The notes under the pieces are model-generated. The model was not told where the DNA came from. It ran no database searches and saw only the letters and a program-made list of their open reading frames with translations. From Candidatus Latescibacterota bacterium (GTDB taxonomy: Bacteria > Latescibacterota > UBA2968 > UBA8231), in contig OY730476.1 in assembly GCA_963422735.1 (NCBI GenBank), forward strand, positions 96,001-160,000: 64,000 bases of DNA. Reading direction: 5' to 3'. Every line of letters starts with the position of its first letter. Within the stretch, counting starts at the first letter, position 1. The position numbers and the translations under genes are program-made. Shown here piece by piece: positions 38,512 to 48,548 of the stretch.

Positions 38512-40251
38512 ATGAAGCGATTCTTTCCATTTATCCATTGGCTGCCCGAACTCGGTCAGCCGGGTGTCTTGCGCGCCGATGTGGTCGCGGGCCTCACCGT
38601 GGCGACGATCCTCGTGCCCCAGGCCATGGCCTACGCCGAATTGGCGGGGCTGCCGCCGGTCTATGGGCTGTACGCGGCCTTTTTGCCACCGGCCGTAGCC
38701 GCGCTCTTTGGATCTTCCCGGCATTTGTCCACCGGCCCGGTGGCCATAGCTTCGCTCATCAGCGCGACGACCGTACAGGGGCTCGCCTCTGAGGGTAGCG
38801 AGCTATATATCGCCTATTCGCTGGTCTTGGGTTTGCTGGTCGGCCTGATACGGATCGCCTTGGGCGCGTTGCGGTTGGGCTTGCTGGTCGACTTGTTGTC
38901 CGGCCCGGTGGTCGTCGGCTTTACCAATGCCGCGGCCTTTATCATCGCCATCTCCCAATTGCACAAAGTGTTCGGTGTAGAGCCCCAGCAGGGGGGGCAT
39001 TTGCTGGCGGCTCTTCGCGTCATCGACGTGGCGCTGTTAGAGGTCCATTGGCCGACGCTGGGGATGGCGGCGTTGGCCGGGGGCCTGCTGGTGGTTTTGC
39101 GCCGCGTGCGCTGGGAGTTGCCGAGCATGTTGACGACGCTGGTGGTCACCACGTTCGTTTCTTGGCTGGCTGGGTTCAGCGGGGAAGTAATCGGCGAGAT
39201 CCCGCGCGGTTTGCCGCAGCCTTTGGTGCCGGCCCTAGACGCGGAGATCCTGTCCCAGCTCTTCGTGGGGGCCTTGACCTTGACGCTGCTCGGCCTGATG
39301 GAGGCCATGGCCATTGCCAAGACCCTTGCCGCACGGACGCGGCAGCATCTCGATATCAATCGGGAACTCATCGGCCAAGGCATGGCCAACGTGATCGGCG
39401 GGCTTTTCCAAAGCTATGCGACTTCGGGCTCGTTCTCGCGGTCGGCCGTCAACTACCAAAGCGGGGCGCGGACGGGTTTTTCATCGGTCGTGGCGTCGCT
39501 GGTCATCGCTGCGACCCTGCTCTGGCTCACGCCGCTGTTGTACTATCTGCCGCAAGCGACTCTCGCCGTTGTCATCATCGCCGCGGTGTGCGGCTTGGTG
39601 CGCATCCAACCCCTAGTGACAGCTTGGCGCATTAAAGCCCACGATGGGTTGATTGGGGTCGCGACTTTTGTCGGTACGCTGGTTTTGGCACCGGACCTGC
39701 ACTTGGGGGTTGGCCTTGGGGTGGGGGCTTCGCTGGTGCTCAACTTCTATCGCACCATGCGGCCCCGCGTGGTTTTTCTCGCCCGGCACCTCGACGGCAC
39801 GATGCGCGAGAGCGACGCGGGCCTGAAGCTGGATCAGCAGATCGCGATTATGCGCTTTGACGGCCAACTCTACTTCGGGTCGGGCCGTTATTTTGAGGAT
39901 AAGGTACTCGAAACGATCGCTTCGGCACCCGAGCTGAGGTACTTAATTCTCGATGCGGATGGAATCAACCGGATTGACGCGTCTGGAGAACAAGCGCTGC
40001 GCAACGTGGTTGAACGCCTGCGCGAAGTGGGGCTGGACCTGTACTTCACGCGGGCCAAATGGCAGCTTACCGACGCGCTGGAGCGGTCGGGGCTGATGGA
40101 GCAGATTGGCCGCGGTCACTTTTTTCGCTGGAATCAACACGCGCTCGAGTTCCTGTGGGCGCGGCTCAATCCCGATTACAAGGCGCGGTGTCCGCTCAAT
40201 GTGCCTCACTCCCAAGAGTCTAGGAACCGGGAGATCCAGTACTATATATAA
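38512..40251 (+). CDS. SulP family anion transporter with STAS domain
   Basis: DVVAGLTVA, PQAMAYAELAGLPP.YGLYA, GSFSRS, RFDGQLYFG, IDASG. Confidence 0.93.
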   Translation: MKRFFPFIHWLPELGQPGVLRADVVAGLTVATILVPQAMAYAELAGLPPVYGLYAAFLPPAVAALFGSSRHLSTGPVAIASLISATTVQGLASEGSELYIAYSLVLGLLVGLIRIALGALRLGLLVDLLSGPVVVGFTNAAAFIIAISQLHKVFGVEPQQGGHLLAALRVIDVALLEVHWPTLGMAALAGGLLVVLRRVRWELPSMLTTLVVTTFVSWLAGFSGEVIGEIPRGLPQPLVPALDAEILSQLFVGALTLTLLGLMEAMAIAKTLAARTRQHLDINRELIGQGMANVIGGLFQSYATSGSFSRSAVNYQSGARTGFSSVVASLVIAATLLWLTPLLYYLPQATLAVVIIAAVCGLVRIQPLVTAWRIKAHDGLIGVATFVGTLVLAPDLHLGVGLGVGASLVLNFYRTMRPRVVFLARHLDGTMRESDAGLKLDQQIAIMRFDGQLYFGSGRYFEDKVLETIASAPELRYLILDADGINRIDASGEQALRNVVERLREVGLDLYFTRAKWQLTDALERSGLMEQIGRGHFFRWNQHALEFLWARLNPDYKARCPLNVPHSQESRNREIQYYI

Positions 40252-40261
40252 TAGAAGAGAA

Positions 40262-40591
40262 TCAGAACCGCTTGGTATCGGCGGGAGGGCTATCTGTGGC
40301 AGGGGAGTCGTCGGACAACAACTGGGTGAAGGAGTCGATGCGGGCATCGGCTCTGTTGAGCAGCGCGTCCTTGTGCTGGCGAGCGCGGATCACTTCTTCG
40401 GCGATATCGAGCGCGGCCAAGATGGCGATATCGAGCGGTGACCGATGCCCGACCTTAGCGGCGGTTTGCTGCATCTTCTCGTCGAGATAGGCCGCAGCGA
40501 GCCGGATATACTCGGGGTCTTGATCCTCGCTGTTGACGAGTTGATAAGTCTGATTGTAGATGTGGACTGCGATGGGCTGTTGTTGCGACAT
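40262..40591 (-). CDS. zapA: cell division protein ZapA
   Basis: VHIYNQTY, YIRLAAAYLDEKM, AILAALDIAEE. Confidence 0.85.
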   Translation of the reverse strand: MSQQQPIAVHIYNQTYQLVNSEDQDPEYIRLAAAYLDEKMQQTAAKVGHRSPLDIAILAALDIAEEVIRARQHKDALLNRADARIDSFTQLLSDDSPATDSPPADTKRF

Positions 40592-40606
40592 GAGATTTTG
40601 TGAGAT

Positions 40607-40658
40607 AAAAAAGTGGGGACTTCCGCGATCTCCCCTTGTCCCGGAAGCCCCCTCTTTT
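40607..40658 (-). terminator. terminator-like hairpin in the zapA leader
   Basis: minus strand AAAAGAGGGGGCTTCCG-16 nt-CGGAAGTCCCCAC-T6, ending 15 nt before the zapA ATG. Confidence 0.6.
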
Positions 40659-40684
40659 GCGCGCTAACCACGTGGCAAATAACC

Positions 40685-40713
40685 AATCTATTGGGGTCGA
40701 AAATGTTTGTCAA
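40685..40713 (-). promoter_or_regulatory. sigma70-type promoter for the zapA leader
   Basis: TTGACA-17 nt-TAGATT on the minus strand. Confidence 0.65.
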
Positions 40714-40937
40714 CTACATATTGGATATTTTTTTATGAAAATGAGAAATACGTTTGCATAAAATGAGAACTGCGACAGATGAGAGAATTTGACGGCCTGT
40801 GGAGTGCGTTCTTAGTTATTAAGCAACGGAATTTCCTAGTTTGCGGTTTCACTCGGCCTGCCCGTAGATCTCGTCCGGGCTAGCGCGGTCCCCCGCGTCG
40901 ATGTTCCGGGGCGGTACCCGCCGCCAAGGGGGCGGAT

Positions 40938-40959
40938 GGGACTAACCACTAACCACTGA
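40938..40959. repeat. single arm of the heptamer repeat element
   Basis: GGGACTAACCACTAACCACTGA matches the arms at 21030-21122. Confidence 0.65.
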
Positions 40960-41073
40960 TTAAACAGTCTTTATTCTAGAAAAGTCCGTTAAGATATCCT
41001 TACCAAGTGCCCAAAGTGCGTGCCAGCCCTCTTCTGGGCAAAGAAGAAGCGCACAACCGATCAATGTCTAAGA

Positions 41074-43935
41074 ATGGATAAAAATACATTGGAAATGGCC
41101 TTGCAACAGGCCATCCAAGGCGAAGTGCGCTTTGACGCTGTTTCGCGCATGCTCTACCGTACCGACGCCAGCATCTACGAGATGGAGCCCCTAGGGCTGG
41201 TCGTGCCCAAAGACGAGGCCGATGTGGTCGCCGCGGTAAAAATTGCCGCTGAGCAAGGGGCGGCTATCTTGCCACGGGGCGGCGGTACGAGTTTGGCGGG
41301 TCAGTCGGTGGGAGCTGCGGTTCATCTCGATTTTTCCAAATACGTGAACCGGATCTTGGAGTTCGACCCAGACGAGCGCTGGGTCCGGGTCCAGCCGGGC
41401 TTAGTGCTCGACGAACTCAATGCCTACTTGCAGCCCTATGGCCTAATTTTTGCGCCCGATGTATCCACGAGCAGCCGGGCCAATATAGGCGGGATGATCG
41501 GCAACAATTCCTGCGGTGCACACTCTATTATATACGGCAAGACCATCGACCACGTACAGGAACTAAAGGTGGTGTTAGCCGATGGCTCGCAAGCGGTATT
41601 CGGGCCGCTAGACGACGAAGAGTGTGAACGCCGCGCGGGCTTGGCCAACCTCGAAGGTCGCATTTACCGCGAAGTCCGCCGCATCGTCCGCGAGCGCGAA
41701 GCGCATATCCGCGCAGGCTTTCCCCAGGTGAGGCGCCGCGTCTCGGGCTACAATCTCGACGAGTTCATCGACAGTGCTCCCTTTGACCTGAGCAAACTAG
41801 TCGTCGGCTCGGAGGGCACGCTCTGTGCGGTCGTCGAAGCGCGGTTGAACTTGGTTGAGTTGCCCGCGCACAAGGGCTTGGTGGCCGTCCACTTCCACGA
41901 CTTGGTCGAGGCCATGGAGGCCAATCTGACTGCGTTAGAAACCGCGCCTGTCGCCAGCGAGTTGATCGACAAGATTCTTCTCGACCAGACTAAAGGCTCG
42001 GCCGAGCACGCCCCGAGCCGTCGCTTCCTCACCGGCGATCCAGCAGCCCTGCTCATAGTCGAGTACTACGCGGACTCCAAGGCCGATCTGGGCTGTAAGC
42101 TGGACGAGTTGGAAGAGCAATTGCGGAAGCGCGGGATGGGCTACGCGTTTGCGCGGGCCGTGGACGCCGGAGATCAGAAGGCGCTCTGGGAACTGCGCAA
42201 GGCCGGGTTGGGGCTTTTGATGGGCATGAAGGGCGACCCCAAGCCCCATCCAGGGGTGGAAGATACCTGCGTCCCGGTAGCCAAGCTGCCCGAGTACGTC
42301 CGCCGAGTGGTCGCGCTGATGGAGGAATTGGGGATTGAGGCCGAATACTATGGGCACGCGAGCGTCGGCCTGTTGCACATCCGGCCGATCTTCAACCTCA
42401 AAGACCCCGAGGGCATAAAGCTCCTGCGCCAGATCGAGGAGCGCATGAGCGATATGGTGCGCGAATACGGCGGAGCCATGTCGGGCGAGCACGGAGACGG
42501 CTTGGCTCGCAGCGAGTGGATTGCCAAGATGTTTAGCCCGGCGTTAGTCGCGGCGTTTGTCGAGATTAAGGACGCCTTTGATCCACAGGGGATTATGAAC
42601 CCCGGCAAGATCACCCGCCCCCCTCGGATGGACGAGAATCTGCGCTACCACGAGGAGTATCAGACGCCTAAGGTGGAGACGTTTTTCAGCTTTAGCGAGG
42701 CGGGCGGCTTCCAGGAAGCCATTGAAATGTGCTCCGGGGTGGGCCACTGCCGCAAAAAGCTGGTGGGCACGATGTGCCCTTCGTACATGGCGACCTTAGA
42801 CGAGGAGCACACCACTCGCGGCCGGGCCAATGCCTTGCGCGCCGCGCTCGCCGGCACGTTGCCCGACGGCCTGCACAGCCAAGAGGTCCACCGCGTGATG
42901 GACCTCTGCTTGGAGTGCAAAGCCTGCAAGGCCGAGTGCCCATCGAGCGTGGATATGGCCAAGCTCAAGTACGAATTTCTCGCCCACTACCATCGCGAAC
43001 ACGGCTATTCGCTGCGGTCGCGGCTTTTTGCCGACATAGCCCGCATTAGTCGCTTGGGATCGGCGCTGGCACCGCTGTCGAATTGGATAGGCCGCAGCGG
43101 GTTCAATCGCTGGCTGTTGGATGCGTTTTTGGGCATTGACCGGCGGCGGCGACTGCCGGCCTTTGCCCGCCAGCCGTTTTCGCGCTGGTTCGCCGGCCGC
43201 CGGCCGGTCCACAGCCACAGCACCAAGGGCCGCGTCGTGCTCTTCAACGACACCTTCGTCGAATACAACGAGCCGGCCATTGGCATGGCGGCGACGATCA
43301 TCTTGGAGCACGCCGGGTACGAGGTCGTCTTGGTCGCAAACAAAGTCTGTTGCGGCCGACCGTTCATATCCAAGGGCTTTCTCGACCGCGCTCGCGCCTT
43401 GGCGCAGCGCAATGTGGAGGTACTCGCGCCTTGGGTTGCTGAAGGGGTGCCGATTATTGGGCTAGAGCCGAGTTGCGCGTCGGCTCTCAGCGACGATTAT
43501 CTGGACTTGGTTGACGATCCGCAAAGCCAGCGCGTGGCCGAGCAGGTCGTCCTGCTCGAGGACTTTCTCGTCCGCGAGTCCCCGCTTGATTTGGAGTTCA
43601 CCCAGACCGCCCGCCGTATTTTGGTGCATGGCCACTGCCATCAGAAAGCCCTAACGGGAACGGCCGCGACATTGGCCGTGCTCAACATGCCGCCCCACTT
43701 TTGCGCCGAGGAAATCCCGTCGGGCTGCTGCGGCATGGCCGGCAGCTTCGGCTACGAGAAGGAGCACTTTGAAATATCGCGCACAGTGGGGCAGGATCGG
43801 CTCTTTGCCGTGCTAGAGGCGACAGCAGAGGACGTGGAGATTGCGGCTGTGGGCACTTCGTGTCGCCACCAGATTGCCGATTTTACCGGGCGTCGGGCGC
43901 GGCATTGGGCCGAAATTTTCGTCGAAGCACTCTAA
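41074..43935 (+). CDS. FAD-binding (GlcD/D-lactate dehydrogenase-like) oxidoreductase fused to Fe-S/CCG domains
   Basis: PRGGGTSLAGQ, GMIGNNSCG, GSEGTL, SGEHGDG, CLECKACKAECP, CCG, HGHCHQKA, CCGMAGSFG. Confidence 0.92.
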   Translation: MDKNTLEMALQQAIQGEVRFDAVSRMLYRTDASIYEMEPLGLVVPKDEADVVAAVKIAAEQGAAILPRGGGTSLAGQSVGAAVHLDFSKYVNRILEFDPDERWVRVQPGLVLDELNAYLQPYGLIFAPDVSTSSRANIGGMIGNNSCGAHSIIYGKTIDHVQELKVVLADGSQAVFGPLDDEECERRAGLANLEGRIYREVRRIVREREAHIRAGFPQVRRRVSGYNLDEFIDSAPFDLSKLVVGSEGTLCAVVEARLNLVELPAHKGLVAVHFHDLVEAMEANLTALETAPVASELIDKILLDQTKGSAEHAPSRRFLTGDPAALLIVEYYADSKADLGCKLDELEEQLRKRGMGYAFARAVDAGDQKALWELRKAGLGLLMGMKGDPKPHPGVEDTCVPVAKLPEYVRRVVALMEELGIEAEYYGHASVGLLHIRPIFNLKDPEGIKLLRQIEERMSDMVREYGGAMSGEHGDGLARSEWIAKMFSPALVAAFVEIKDAFDPQGIMNPGKITRPPRMDENLRYHEEYQTPKVETFFSFSEAGGFQEAIEMCSGVGHCRKKLVGTMCPSYMATLDEEHTTRGRANALRAALAGTLPDGLHSQEVHRVMDLCLECKACKAECPSSVDMAKLKYEFLAHYHREHGYSLRSRLFADIARISRLGSALAPLSNWIGRSGFNRWLLDAFLGIDRRRRLPAFARQPFSRWFAGRRPVHSHSTKGRVVLFNDTFVEYNEPAIGMAATIILEHAGYEVVLVANKVCCGRPFISKGFLDRARALAQRNVEVLAPWVAEGVPIIGLEPSCASALSDDYLDLVDDPQSQRVAEQVVLLEDFLVRESPLDLEFTQTARRILVHGHCHQKALTGTAATLAVLNMPPHFCAEEIPSGCCGMAGSFGYEKEHFEISRTVGQDRLFAVLEATAEDVEIAAVGTSCRHQIADFTGRRARHWAEIFVEAL

Positions 43936-43955
43936 CGCCAAGCGAAAGGGATTTT

Positions 43956-44480
43956 ATGGCATTTAACGTCAAGCAACGCGGCCGACTGACGTATTACTAC
44001 GGCGGCGATCACCCGACCTTATCGGCCTTGGTTACCGAAGCACTGGACAACGGCGACTTGAAAATTTACTTCGCCGGCTTGACCGGCGGGCATTCGGCAC
44101 AGGGGCTCCTTGACCGCGACGAACTGGTGAGGATGACGCCTGCTGTCGAGGTTGAGTTGGTGTTCCGCTGTTGGGAGAAGTGGCTGCGGGAAGCCGAGAT
44201 TTGCGACTCGATTGACCAGATAGATTTCATTGAAGTACACGCTTTCGGTGCCCAGCCCAAGGACGTGAACCCGCTGACCGATCCACGGCGTTTTCACGAG
44301 GAGCAACAGCGGCTCTACCAAGAGTACGCCCAAGCCTATAGCCGCTTTTTCCGCGACTGTATGCCCGACGCCGGGGTGCCGGCCCGCTTCACGGTTCACG
44401 TGGTTGATTTCCCGGACAAGGCGGCTGCCTATGAATTTTACAGCGTCGGTCTGTACCAAAAGGCCCTACACGGAGCGTGA
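43956..44480 (+). CDS. hypothetical protein, distant RidA/YjgF-like
   Basis: IYFAGLTG and YSRFF...PARFTVHVVDFP...YEF echo Rid-family motifs. Confidence 0.6.
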   Translation: MAFNVKQRGRLTYYYGGDHPTLSALVTEALDNGDLKIYFAGLTGGHSAQGLLDRDELVRMTPAVEVELVFRCWEKWLREAEICDSIDQIDFIEVHAFGAQPKDVNPLTDPRRFHEEQQRLYQEYAQAYSRFFRDCMPDAGVPARFTVHVVDFPDKAAAYEFYSVGLYQKALHGA

Positions 44481-44483
44481 GTC

Positions 44484-44597
44484 ATGCCGATTTTTGAATA
44501 TACGTGCAAGAAAGGGTGCGACGCCGGGCTTGGCACCAGAAACGACAGTGAATCCAGCCTTTTGCACCAAAATAAAATGACACATATCAACCCCTGA
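44484..44597 (+). pseudogene. truncated FmdB-family zinc-ribbon gene at the island left border
   Basis: MPIFEYTCKKGC, then loses the second CxxC and runs into island sequence. Confidence 0.6.
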
Positions 44598-44623
44598 GCT
44601 TCGTGGGAATTGCAGGGTTCCCA

Positions 44624-47600
44624 ATGCAGCACGACAAACACATACTGGACAACCGCGACCGCACCGTCGCCGACTATCTGCGCACCCACCTGCCGGACGC
44701 GACAGTCTTTCGCTTGGTTTCGGCGTATTTCAGCATTTACGGGTACGAGACGCTGCAAGGCCAACTGCGCGGTATCAAAGACGTGCGCTTTCTCTTTGGT
44801 GCCCCGGCGTCGGTCGGCGAATTAGACCTTGGGGGGCAAGCGCCAAAATCTTTTGACCTGAGTGAAAAGGGATTGTCGCCCAACCACGCCTTGCAGCAGA
44901 AATACCTCGCACAGCAATGCGCCGCATGGGTACAAAGCCGGCGGGTCAAAATCCGCTCCATCAGCCAAGCCAATTTTCTGCACGGCAAGATGTATCTCAC
45001 CGAATCGGCCAGCGGCGCGGCCGTGGTCGGCAGCTCCAACTTCACCCGGCGCGGGCTGGGCTGCGGTACAGGCGCGAATTTGGAGATCAATCTGGCGACC
45101 AGCGATGAGGGCATCTGCGCTGAACTGCAAACGTGGTTCGACGATTTGTGGACGGACAAGGCGCTGACCAAGGATGTGAAACAAGACGTGCTGGCCGCGC
45201 TGAATCGCATAGGCCGAGACCACGCGCCCGAACTCGTCTATTACAAAACCCTGTACGCGCTGTTCCGGGATGACATTGAAGCCAGAAGGGACGGCGAAAG
45301 ACAACTGGCGGATGTACACCTGTACGACACCCAAGTCTGGAACGCTTTGTACGACTTCCAAAAGGACGGTGCCAAAAGCGCCATTGCCCGCCTGTTGCGG
45401 CACAACGGCTGCATCTTGGCCGACAGCGTCGGGCTGGGGAAAACCTATACGGCGTTGGCGGTCATCAGGTTCTTTGAACTGAGAAATGAACGGGTACTGG
45501 TCTTATGTCCCAAAAAACTGCGCGACAATTGGGCACTCTATCCGGATTACACCGCAAATACGAACAACCCTTTTGACAAGGATCGCTTCGGTTACACGCT
45601 GTTGTCACACACCGATTTGTCCCGCGACCAAGGCAAAGCCGGGGATGTTGATCTGGCCCAGTTCAACTGGCGCAATTTTGACTTGGTGGTGATTGACGAA
45701 TCGCATAACTTCCGCAACGCCAGCGTAAGCCGTCGAGACGAAACAGGCAAAATCATCCGCCTTAGCCGCTACGAGCGACTCCTCGAAGAAGTCATCAGAC
45801 AAGGAGCCAAAACAAAGGTACTGATGCTTTCGGCCACACCGGTGAACACCTCGCTCATAGACCTGCGCAATCAGGTCTATCTGATGACCGAAAAGCGCGA
45901 AGACGTCTTCCGAGACAGTTTGGGCATCGGCCACATCGGCGTTCTGCTCGGGCAGGCGCAAAAGGCGTTTCAGAAGTGGGAAGAGGACGGCCAAAAAGAC
46001 AAGACGGCGTTGCTGGAAAAATTGGGTGCCGATTTTTTTCGTTTACTCGGGGGTGTTTCCATTTCCCGCTCGCGGCGGCAGATCAAAAAATTCTACGCCG
46101 AGGAAATGAGCCGTATCGGCGAGTTCCCAACCCGCCAAAAACCGCAAAATTATTATCCGCCAACCGATTTGCAAGGCGTTTTATCCTACACGGATTTGTC
46201 CGAGCAGATAGAGCAATTCGCCCTGTCCATCTACCGGCCCTCCACGTACGTTGCCAGCGAACAGGCAAAGCAGCGCTTGGCCAAAGAAAAGCAAGAGCAA
46301 CACTTCAATCAGCTAGACCGCGAACGCTTTTTGATCGGTATGATGCGGGTGAACTTTCTGAAACGGCTGGAGAGCTCGGCCCACTCACTCACGGAAACGC
46401 TCAGTCGCGCTATTGGCAAAATAGACGCCCTGCTGAAAAAGATAGAACGGTACGAACAGCAACAGACCCTACAGGACGCCCAAGCTGACATCCTGCCGGA
46501 CGACGATGAAGACGACGAGGACTTTCTGATCAATCGGGCGCGGAACCCGTATCACCTCCAGGAATTGGACCTGCCGCGTTGGAAAACGGACTTGCTGAAA
46601 GACCGGAAGACCCTGACAGGAGCGTGGAAAAAGGTTGCAGCTATTGCGCCCGAGCGCGACGGCAAGCTACAGGATCTTCAGCAACGCATCCGTGAAAAGA
46701 CGCAAAATCCGACGACCGACCAAGACGGCAATCCCAACCGCAAGCTGCTGGTATTCACCACTTTCAAAGATACCGCCCGATACCTATACGACAACCTGAC
46801 CGACTTGGCCGCCGAACTGGGCATCAACATGGCAATGGTGTCTGGCGATGCAACCCGTGTTATCACTGGCACCAACCACTTTAACGACATTCTGACCAAT
46901 TTCGCCCCGCGGGCCCGCGGACGTACCAAAGACCTGAGCGGCGACATTGACGTATTGATCGCCACCGACTGCATCTCGGAGGGACAAAACCTGCAAGATT
47001 GCGACACGGTCTTGAACTACGACATCCACTGGAATCCGGTGCGTCTCATTCAGCGCTTTGGGCGGGTTGACCGCATCGGCAGCCGTCACAAGTCGATACG
47101 GATGATCAACTACTGGCCGACGCAGGACATGGAGGTGTATTTGCGCCTGCGAAGTCGAGTGGCAGCCCGCATGGCCTTGGCGGACGCGGCGGCCAGCGGC
47201 AACGAGGACCCGCTCAACGAATCCGCTTTTGAACAGGCCCAGATGGAACTGAATTTCCGCGACCAGCAATTGCAACAACTGCGCGAAGAGGTGCTGGACT
47301 TGGACGATTTGTCCGACGGCGTGGTCATGAGCGATTTTACCCTGGATTACTTCTTTGCCCAACTGCTGAGCTATCTGGAGAAAAACAAGGCGGAATTGGA
47401 AGCGACCCCTAACGGCGCATACGCGGTCACACAAGGCGAGGACAATACTATAAGACCGGGGGTGCTGTTTTTTCTGCGTCAGCGCAACGCGAGTGCGGAC
47501 AAACAGGAAAAGATCGCCAGCCCAATTCATCCGTATTATGCGGTGTATATCCGCAATAGCGGCGACATTCGCTATAGTTGCACCAACGCCCGACAGGTGT

Positions 47601-47896
47601 TGGAGGTATTTGAAGCGTCGGCAATTGGCAAGACCAAACCGCTGCAAAAGCTGTGCGACCAGTTTGACCGCGAAATTCAGAACGGCACTGACATGAGCCA
47701 TTACGACACACTGTTGGACGCAGTGATTACCCACATCAGCAGGGCAAACACCACAACCCAAATAACACATCTGGGGATTGGCGGTCAGCGCGACATCAAA
47801 CTGCCCGTGCAATCCGCTAGTCCGAGCAACGGCGATTTCGAGTTGGTCACGTGGCTCGTTGTGCTTGAATCGCAGGCTGACCACAGGACAAAATAG
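44624..47896 (+). CDS. PLD-nuclease domain + SNF2-like helicase (RM-associated)
   Basis: LHGKMY...VGSSNFT (PLD HxK); LADSVGLGKT, IDESHNFRN, LSATP, SEGQNLQ, QRFGRVDRIG. Confidence 0.9.
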   Translation: MQHDKHILDNRDRTVADYLRTHLPDATVFRLVSAYFSIYGYETLQGQLRGIKDVRFLFGAPASVGELDLGGQAPKSFDLSEKGLSPNHALQQKYLAQQCAAWVQSRRVKIRSISQANFLHGKMYLTESASGAAVVGSSNFTRRGLGCGTGANLEINLATSDEGICAELQTWFDDLWTDKALTKDVKQDVLAALNRIGRDHAPELVYYKTLYALFRDDIEARRDGERQLADVHLYDTQVWNALYDFQKDGAKSAIARLLRHNGCILADSVGLGKTYTALAVIRFFELRNERVLVLCPKKLRDNWALYPDYTANTNNPFDKDRFGYTLLSHTDLSRDQGKAGDVDLAQFNWRNFDLVVIDESHNFRNASVSRRDETGKIIRLSRYERLLEEVIRQGAKTKVLMLSATPVNTSLIDLRNQVYLMTEKREDVFRDSLGIGHIGVLLGQAQKAFQKWEEDGQKDKTALLEKLGADFFRLLGGVSISRSRRQIKKFYAEEMSRIGEFPTRQKPQNYYPPTDLQGVLSYTDLSEQIEQFALSIYRPSTYVASEQAKQRLAKEKQEQHFNQLDRERFLIGMMRVNFLKRLESSAHSLTETLSRAIGKIDALLKKIERYEQQQTLQDAQADILPDDDEDDEDFLINRARNPYHLQELDLPRWKTDLLKDRKTLTGAWKKVAAIAPERDGKLQDLQQRIREKTQNPTTDQDGNPNRKLLVFTTFKDTARYLYDNLTDLAAELGINMAMVSGDATRVITGTNHFNDILTNFAPRARGRTKDLSGDIDVLIATDCISEGQNLQDCDTVLNYDIHWNPVRLIQRFGRVDRIGSRHKSIRMINYWPTQDMEVYLRLRSRVAARMALADAAASGNEDPLNESAFEQAQMELNFRDQQLQQLREEVLDLDDLSDGVVMSDFTLDYFFAQLLSYLEKNKAELEATPNGAYAVTQGEDNTIRPGVLFFLRQRNASADKQEKIASPIHPYYAVYIRNSGDIRYSCTNARQVLEVFEASAIGKTKPLQKLCDQFDREIQNGTDMSHYDTLLDAVITHISRANTTTQITHLGIGGQRDIKLPVQSASPSNGDFELVTWLVVLESQADHRTK

Positions 47897-47910
47897 GCGA
47901 GGTAATCACC

Positions 47911-48234
47911 ATGCCGGATTTTACAGAAGAAGATCTACTGTGCATTCTCACCGCCGGCGAATCCGACCGCGTCGAGTTCAAGGAGTCTTTATCCGGCGAC
48001 GCCGCCACCAGAATCAGGGAAGCCATCTGCGCCTTTGCCAACGATTTGGCCGGTCACGACAAACCCGGTTTTGTGTTCGTAGGCGTGAAGGACGACCGAA
48101 CAATGGGTGATCTCGCGGTCACAGATTCGTTGCTCCGACGGTTGGCCGAGATGAAAACCGACGGCAATATCCTGCCGCCGCCCTCGCTGGCCGTGGAGAA
48201 GCGTACGCCTGAACCGCCCAGTCCGGGCGTATGA
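47911..48234 (+). pseudogene. N-terminal AlbA_2 (Schlafen-like) domain, truncated
   Basis: GESDRVEFKES, AICAFAND, FVGVKDD; ends abruptly. Confidence 0.75.
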
Positions 48235-48241
48235 CAAGTGG

Positions 48242-48526
48242 GTGAACCGGATGCCGGAAGAATACGCCCGAAATCTACTGGACGATAAAGAAGGGCCTTA
48301 CCCAGAGACACCGGCCCAAGACCATAAACACGCCCTCGCCACCGTGAAGCACTATCGGAGCCTCGTGCCACTGGCACAGGAAGCACGCAAGCCCATTTTT
48401 CACCTCACCCCGGCCGACGGAGCCATTGGCAGCCATGCGGTTGCCGCCACCGACGCCCGCCACGATTTCAGGGCTTTGGCGACAAAGATAGTACACAAAA
48501 TCGGGCTTGGCCCGAGTCTCGAATAA
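48242..48526 (+). pseudogene. C-terminal fragment of a ParA-family ATPase
   Basis: KHYRSLVPLAQEARKPIFHL..ADGAIGSH tail with no P-loop. Confidence 0.6.
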
Positions 48527-48548
48527 CCCGCCTCAGAAAAGAAGAAAC

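Noticed and set aside
40592-41000. 6S RNA next to zapA
   Set aside because: 6S normally lies downstream of zapA and is about 180 nt; no such long rod structure is evident here.
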